Below the pieces are notes generated by a model. That model had not been told where the DNA came from. It ran no database searches and saw only the letters and a program-made list of their open reading frames with translations. A DNA stretch of 64,000 bases from the NCBI GenBank assembly GCA_900757655.1, contig CAAEOT010000026.1, positions 20,476 to 84,475 of the forward strand. Direction: 5' to 3'. Both the position numbers and the translations under genes were made by a program. Positions 59,106 through 64,000 of the stretch are shown in pieces. Positions within the stretch are counted from its first letter, which is position 1, and the number at the start of each line of letters is the position of its first letter. The DNA is from an uncultured Oscillospiraceae bacterium (lineage in GTDB: Bacteria > Bacillota > Clostridia > Oscillospirales > Oscillospiraceae).

Positions 59106-59181
59106 GGGAGCATAGCTCAGCCGGGAGAGCACTTGCCTTACAAGCAAGGGGTCACAGGTTCGAGCCCTGTTGTTCCCACCA
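59106..59181 (+). tRNA. tRNA-Val (anticodon TAC)
   Basis: GGGAGCA acceptor, anticodon stem CTTGC / loop CTTACAA / GCAAG, T-arm GGTTCGAGCCC, 3' CCA encoded. Confidence 0.85.
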
Positions 59182-59198
59182 GTTTTTCAATTACATAC

Positions 59199-59274
59199 GC
59201 CTCTGTAGCTCAGTTGGTAGAGCAGGGGACTGAAAATCCCCGTGTCGTTGGTTCGATTCCGACCGGAGGCACCA
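59199..59274 (+). tRNA. tRNA-Phe (anticodon GAA)
   Basis: GCCTCTGTAGCTCAGTTGGTAGAGC, anticodon loop CTGAAAA, T-arm GGTTCGATTCC, CCA encoded. Confidence 0.85.
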
Positions 59275-59278
59275 TTTT

Positions 59279-59354
59279 GCGGGCATAGCTCATTTGGCAG
59301 AGCGCCACCTTGCCAAGGTGGAGGTAGCGAGTTCGAATCTCGTTGCCCGCTCCA
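59279..59354 (+). tRNA. tRNA-Gly (anticodon GCC)
   Basis: GCGGGCATAGCTCATTTGGCAGAGC, anticodon stem CCACC / loop TTGCCAA / GGTGG, T-arm AGTTCGAATCT, CCA encoded. Confidence 0.85.
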
Positions 59355-59360
59355 TTTTTT

Positions 59361-59434
59361 GGCGCCATAGCCAAGTGGTAAGGCATGGGACTGCAAATCC
59401 TTGACCCCCGGTTCAAATCCGGGTGGCGCCTCCA
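59361..59434 (+). tRNA. tRNA-Cys (anticodon GCA)
   Basis: GGCGCCATAGCCAAGTGGTAAGGC, anticodon loop CTGCAAA, T-arm GGTTCAAATCC, CCA encoded. Confidence 0.8.
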
Positions 59435-59470
59435 AAAAAGAGACACGCGAGAGCGTGTCTCTTTTTTTGC
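59435..59470 (+). terminator. Intrinsic terminator after the tRNA cluster
   Basis: AAAAAAGAGACACGCGAGAGCGTGTCTCTTTTTTTG. Confidence 0.8.
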
Positions 59471-59636
59471 AGACACCTGCGGCGGGAGGCTGTGTTCCGG
59501 GCATGGGAACCATGCACGGTGACATAGGCGTGTTCATCAATGTCCCGCCTGTGCGCCGGTGCTCTCCCGGACACCGGCCGGACGCAGAAAAAACTGCGCA
59601 CCCGCCGCTGCGCAGTTTGCCGATATGCAAATCGGC

Positions 59637-60040
59637 TCAGCACTTCTGGTGCCGTTGCAGCAGCATGGGCACGCACTCGGCGCCAGCGGCACCGCAGAGG
59701 ATGAGCACCGCACCGAGTATCTGCAGCGGCAGCATCGTCTCGTGCAGCAGCGCGGCCGCGAACACGACGGCCGCGAGCGGCTCAAGATACCGCACACGGC
59801 GACGGTCTGCACCGGCAGCTGCCCGATCGCCGAGAAGTACCAGCAGCAGCCGAGCCCGGTGTTCACAGCGCCCAGCAGCACGATTCATCCCCGGTCGTCC
59901 GGGCGGATGTTGACGGCGAACCCGCGGTCACGGATGCCGATGAATACGGCCGCGGTCAGAAAGCCGAAGAGCATCTGCAGCGCTGCGTTTTCTTGCCCCG
60001 TGATGTGCACGGCACGTCTGTTCTCCGTGATCATCACGGC
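59637..60040 (-). pseudogene. EamA/DMT-family transporter remnant (C-terminal about 130 aa only, with a frameshift near 59885)
   Basis: ORF 59637..59888 ends ..YLEPLAAVVFAAALLHETMLPLQILGAVLILCGAA, the typical EamA C-terminal TM region. ORF 59885..60205 contributes ..VMITENRRAVHITGQENAALQMLFGFLTAAVFIGI in another frame. No N-terminal half is present. Confidence 0.5.
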
Positions 60041-60054
60041 ATAGAGCGCTGCGC

Positions 60055-60771
60055 TTGCCGCACGCGCGGGCGCTGTGCACGGAGTATACGCGCCTTTCGG
60101 CGGAGGTGGACGCGCTGCACGGCCTGCAGTCGGGCCATATCCGCATCGGCACGTTTTCGAGCGTGGCCACGCACTGGCTGCCATACATCCTGCGCGCATT
60201 CTCACACGACTATCCGGGCATCGACTATGAGCTCCTGCTCGGCGACTACTGCGAGGTCGAGGACTGGCTCACCTCCGGGTGGGTGGACTGTGGCTTTGTG
60301 CGTCTGCCGACGCGGCCGGAGTTCACCACGATCTTCCTGCAGCGGGATGATCTTGCTGCGGTCCTCCCGGCGGATCACCCGCTCGCCGCCGGGGAAACCT
60401 GCTCCGTGCAGGCGCTGGGCGCGGAGCCGTTCATCCTGCTCGACAAGGCCGGAAACCACGAGGTGGCCGAGGCACTGGCGCAGTGCGGCGTCACGCCGGA
60501 CGTGCGCTTCACGACGTGGGATGATTACGCCATCATGGCCATGGTCGAGTGCGGGCTGGGCGTCAGCCTGCTGCCGGAACTGATTTTGCGCCGTGTGCCG
60601 TACCGCATCGCCATCCGCAGACTCGACACACCGCTCTGCCGCGATCTTGCCCTCGCGCTGCCCGGTCAGGCGCATATTTCGGCCGCAACGCGCCAGTTCC
60701 TGCGCTATCTGGACCGGCGCGATGCCCCGGCGGTACCCGCCGGAAGCACGGGATTTGACAATCGGCCGTGA
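60055..60771 (+). pseudogene. LysR-family regulator lacking the N-terminal wHTH DNA-binding domain (substrate-binding domain only)
   Basis: The ORF begins inside the linker helix (..LSAEVDALHGLQSGHIRIGTFSSVATHWLPYIL..). No LysR HTH (..FxxVAExGSFSxAAxxLxxSQPAVSxQIxxLE..) in any frame upstream. Confidence 0.55.
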
Positions 60772-60783
60772 TTTGTGTATAAT
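60755..60783 (+). promoter_or_regulatory. Perfect-consensus sigma-70 promoter (TTGACA-17-TATAAT) for the small-ORF/pdxK unit; leader hairpin at 60813-60836
   Basis: TTGACA at 60755-60760 and TATAAT at 60778-60783, overlapping the 3' end of the LysR fragment. Confidence 0.55.
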
Positions 60784-60851
60784 CACTACAAAATCTCTGG
60801 TTTTTTGTGAAATCTGTCCTCCGGCCATCCGGAGACAGGGAGGAAAGCAAC

Positions 60852-61076
60852 GTGACATACACTGTGGACGACACGATGAAGAAGCTGCTCGGCGCGCCGG
60901 AGGCGGTCGCGGTTCTCGAGCGGTTCTTCCCCAAGATCCTGAAGAATCCGGCCCTGCAGATGACTGCCGCCATGACGCTGCGCCAGGTGGCCGGGTTTGC
61001 CCAGTCGGGCCTGACGGCCGACTCGCTCGCGGAGATCGACGCGCAGCTGCGCGCGCTCCCGTCGTCCGATGGCTGA
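60852..61076 (+). CDS. Hypothetical small protein (74 aa) upstream of pdxK
   Basis: GTG start after a GGGAGG RBS. VTYTVDDTMKKLLGAPEAVAVLERFFPKILKNPALQMTAAMTLRQVAGFAQSG.. The longer ORF start at 60807 would lie inside the leader hairpin. Confidence 0.45.
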   Translation: MTYTVDDTMKKLLGAPEAVAVLERFFPKILKNPALQMTAAMTLRQVAGFAQSGLTADSLAEIDAQLRALPSSDG

Positions 61077-61153
61077 GCCATTTCTACGCGCCCCCGGTGC
61101 CTTGCCGGGGGCCGTCTGCTGTGCACCATTCTAAAACGAACCGAGGTCATCGT

Positions 61154-62026
61154 ATGGACAACACGTTACCGCCGCTCAAGCGCATCGCCGCCATCCACGA
61201 TCTGTCCGGGCTCGGCAAGTGCTCGCTGACCGTGGCGCTGCCGGTCATCTCCGCCACGGGCGTGGAGTGCGCCTGCATTCCTACGGCCGTGCTCAGCACG
61301 CACACGGGCGAGTTCACCGGCTGGACGTTCCGCGACCTGTCGGACGATATGCTACCCATTGCGCACCACTGGCAGCGCATCGGCGCGCGCATCGACGGGG
61401 TCTATTCCGGCTACCTCGCCTCGCCCGAGCAGGCGCAGCTGCTCGCACAGACGCTCGACTGCATCGCCGCGCCGGACACCCTGGTCGTGATCGACCCGGT
61501 CATGGCTGACAACGGCAGCTATTACTCCAAGATCGACGACCGCATGTGCGCAGCCTTCCGCCGCCTGCTCTCGCGCGCGGACGTCATCACGCCGAACGTC
61601 ACGGAGGCGGCGCTGCTGGCCGGCCTGCCGTATGAGCCCGGCACGCACAGCGATGCCTATCTTGCGCAGCTGTTTCAGGCGCTCGGCGCGCTCGGCGCCG
61701 GGGTCGTCACGGTCACCGGCGTGCGCCCGCAGCCGGACGTGATCGGCAACGTCGCCTGCGACTGCCGCACGGGGGAGATGCACGCGAGCATGCGCCCGGC
61801 GCATCCCGGCGTGTTTTACGGCACGGGCGATGTGTTCGCCTCCGCCCTCGCGGCACTGCTCGTGCGCGGCGCGCCGCTGAGTGCCGCGCTCGAAACGGCC
61901 ACCGCGCTCACGGACGAGAGCATCTGCCGTTCGCTCTGGCGCGATACGCCGCGCCGCTTCGGCGTGGACTTTGAAGGGGCACTGCCGGCGTATATCCGCC
62001 GCGTGGAAAAGATATTTGAAGCGTGA
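61154..62026 (+). CDS. pdxK: Pyridoxal/pyridoxine/pyridoxamine kinase (ribokinase-like PdxK/PdxY family)
   Basis: ORF 60593.. trimmed to MDNTLPPLKRIAAIHDLSGLGKCSL.. PfkB-like fold with the GTGDVFASALAA anion-hole motif. Confidence 0.8.
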   Translation: MDNTLPPLKRIAAIHDLSGLGKCSLTVALPVISATGVECACIPTAVLSTHTGEFTGWTFRDLSDDMLPIAHHWQRIGARIDGVYSGYLASPEQAQLLAQTLDCIAAPDTLVVIDPVMADNGSYYSKIDDRMCAAFRRLLSRADVITPNVTEAALLAGLPYEPGTHSDAYLAQLFQALGALGAGVVTVTGVRPQPDVIGNVACDCRTGEMHASMRPAHPGVFYGTGDVFASALAALLVRGAPLSAALETATALTDESICRSLWRDTPRRFGVDFEGALPAYIRRVEKIFEA

Positions 62027-62034
62027 AAAAGTTA

Positions 62035-62083
62035 CAAAAATCGACCTGCCAGGATCCGACTTGGATTCTGGCAGGTCGATTTT
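62035..62083. terminator. Bidirectional terminator with a 12-bp stem after pdxK
   Basis: AAAAATCGACCTGCCAGGA-TCCGACTTGGA-TTCTGGCAGGTCGATTTTT. Confidence 0.75.
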
Positions 62084-62148
62084 TGTTACCATTTTTCGAC
62101 GCAGCTTTGCAGGAATATGTTACCGCACAGCACGCGGGACGAAAAACC

Positions 62149-62300
62149 AATGCGCGGTTGATTTCTTGACGAAACGTCTGGCTTTTTGCGGGACCGACGT
62201 GAAAATGCGCGCATTTTCAAGAAAATGTGGAAAAAAATCAAGGAAAATTGCGGGAAAATCCGTTTTCGCGGTTGACATCGTGTTTGGGATATCGTATGAT
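62149..62300 (+). promoter_or_regulatory. Regulatory region upstream of the MMPL gene: consensus promoter TTGACA-17-TATGAT (62272-62300), an 18-bp perfect palindrome GAAAATGCGCGCATTTTC (62201-62218) and a direct repeat CGCGGTTGA (62152 and 62266)
   Basis: Read directly from the sequence. Confidence 0.5.
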
Positions 62301-62460
62301 ACAGAAGAATCCGTAATTGTTTATGTTAACTTTGCGCAGTTACACCCGAAAACGACAGCAAAACACATTTTGTTACTGTTTTTTAACTTTTGATGTAACC
62401 GGTTCCGGCCGGGCGCGCAGAGAGATCCCGGGCGGGGGAGCCGCCCGATGAGGGGCTAGG

Positions 62461-64000
62461 GTATGAAGAAATCGTTTATGGAGCGTCTGGCGGCGTTCAT
62501 TGTGGACAAGCGGCGGCTGTTCGTGGTGCTGTTTGCCGTGGCGTGCGTGCTGTCGATCTTCTCGGCGAGCAAGACGGACGTCAACAATGAGCTGACCGAT
62601 TATCTGCCGGACTCCACGCAGACGCGCCAGGGTCTGGAGATCATGAACCGCGAGTTCATCACCTACGGGGATGCGAAGGTCATGGTGTCCAATGTGACGC
62701 TTGCGCAGGCGGAGGAGCTTGCCGAGATGCTGCGCGGTGTGGACGGTGTCAAGGACGTGGTGTTTGAAAAAGACACACACCATTATAATAGTGCCTCGGC
62801 GCTCTTTGAGGTCACGTTCGACGGGGAAAAGCTCGACGAGATCAGCATTCAGGGCGTGAAGAACGTCCGTGCGGCGCTCGACGGCTATGATACCTATATC
62901 ACAACGGAGGTCGGCAACCCGACCGGCGAGATCCTTGAGCGCGAGATGCGCATCGTGCTCATCATCCTCATGTGCTCCATCTTCGTGGTGCTCCTGCTCA
63001 CGAGCCACACCTACGCGGAGGTCCCGGTGCTTATCATCACCTTCGGCGTGGCCGTCTGGGTCAACAAAGGCACGAACTACTGGTTCCATGAAGTCTCGTT
63101 CATCACCAACTCCATCGCGGCGGTGCTTCAGCTCGGTCTCGGCATCGACTACGCGATCATCATGTGCCACCACTACACGGAAGAGCGCGAGCATCTCGAG
63201 CCCCGTGAGGCGACCATCCGCGCGCTGACGCTGGCCATTCCGGAAATCTCGGCCTCGAGCCTGACGACGATCTCGGGTTTGCTTGCGCTCTCGTTCATGA
63301 AGATCAAGATCGGCGAGGACATGAGCCTCGTGCTCATCAAGTCGATCCTGTTTCTGATGCTGACGGTGTTCTTCCTCATGCCGGCGCTCATCATGTATAT
63401 GAGCCCGTGGATTGACAGAACGCACCATCGCCAGTTCCTGCCGCGCATCGATGCGCTCGGCCGCTTTGCCATCCGCAGCCGCTACATCGTGCCGCCGATC
63501 TTTCTGGTCATCATCATCGCGGGCTTCCTGCTCAGCAGCAAGTGCCCGTACGTGTTCGGCTACAGCACGCTCGACACCATCAAGCAAAACGACTACAAGA
63601 TCGCCGAAAAGAAGATCAACGCCACCTTCGGCGAGACGAACCAGGTCGTGCTCATCTTCCCGTTCACAGACTTTGAGAGCGAGGCAGATCTGCTTGATGA
63701 CCTCAATGAGCTCAAGGGTGTTGATCACATTCAGGCGCTCGCGGACGAGGAGGCCAAGGACGGCTACATGGTCACCGACTCGCTCACGCCGCGCAAGTTT
63801 GCCGAGCTCACGGACATCGACATCGGCGTGTCGCGCGCGCTGTACACGGCCTACTGCACTGCGAATGACGATTACACGAAGGCCATCGGCCAGCTCGTGG
63901 ATCTGAGCAATATCGACAACTGCTCCGTGCCGCTCATTAACATGTTCAAGTTCCTGTATGAGCAGCGCGATATTTACCGCTCGAAGATCGACGCTGCGAC
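62461..64000 (+). CDS. MMPL/RND-superfamily transporter (5' 513 codons; continues beyond window end)
   Basis: MKKSFMERLAAFIVDKRRLFVVLFAVACVL.. N-terminal TM, periplasmic-like loop, then a TM bundle (..GLGIDYAIIMCHHY..) and a second soluble loop. No stop in the window. Absent from the ORF track for that reason. Confidence 0.7.

Noticed and set aside
59100-59440. Prophage or genomic island integrated at the tRNA cluster
   Set aside because: No integrase, recombinase, phage or transposase genes anywhere in the window, and no duplicated tRNA 3'-end att repeat downstream.

Overview
This window is a high-GC (about 62-65%) Firmicutes/Clostridia chromosomal core segment. DnaD plus DnaI helicase-loader genes, SLH-domain amidase, mreC-mreD-PBP2, hisS-aspS, lepA, pta and Hsp33 point to an Oscillospirales-like gut anaerobe. 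About 63 protein-coding genes are mostly housekeeping. They cover cell-wall and shape functions (SLH amidase, maf-mreC-mreD-mrdA), replication initiation (dnaD-like, dnaI), tRNA and translation (hisS, aspS, thiI, tadA, mnmG, tcdA, lepA), dTDP-sugar synthesis (ugd-rfbA-rfbB), central metabolism (pta, pckG, hexokinase, pdxK) and several transporters (SNF family, two ABC systems, MOP flippase, MMPL). A Val-Phe-Gly-Cys tRNA cluster sits at 59.1-59.4 kb. I found no transposase or integrase, no CRISPR array and no rRNA. The long antisense ORFs in the six-frame track are GC artefacts. Features worth a second look are listed here. (1) A 1.2 kb gene-free, lower-GC island at 48.76-49.97 kb, packed with perfect hairpins and AT-rich iterons, carrying a consensus minus-strand promoter and a plus-strand intrinsic terminator, so a candidate large ncRNA or long structured 3'-UTR. 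(2) A roughly 45-nt GC-rich stem-loop element present four times (3.2, 49.04, 49.13 and 51.6 kb), always on the plus strand and always followed by a variable long hairpin and a terminator. (3) An MgsA-like protein whose three catalytic residues all appear substituted. (4) A GntR regulator whose conserved N-terminus is reachable only through an ACG or ATC start, with an adjacent inverted-repeat operator. (5) A divergent LysR/EamA pair reduced to two fragments by a deletion. (6) Several small ORFs with strong SD sequences and an unusually high density of perfect TTGACA-17-TATAAT promoters.
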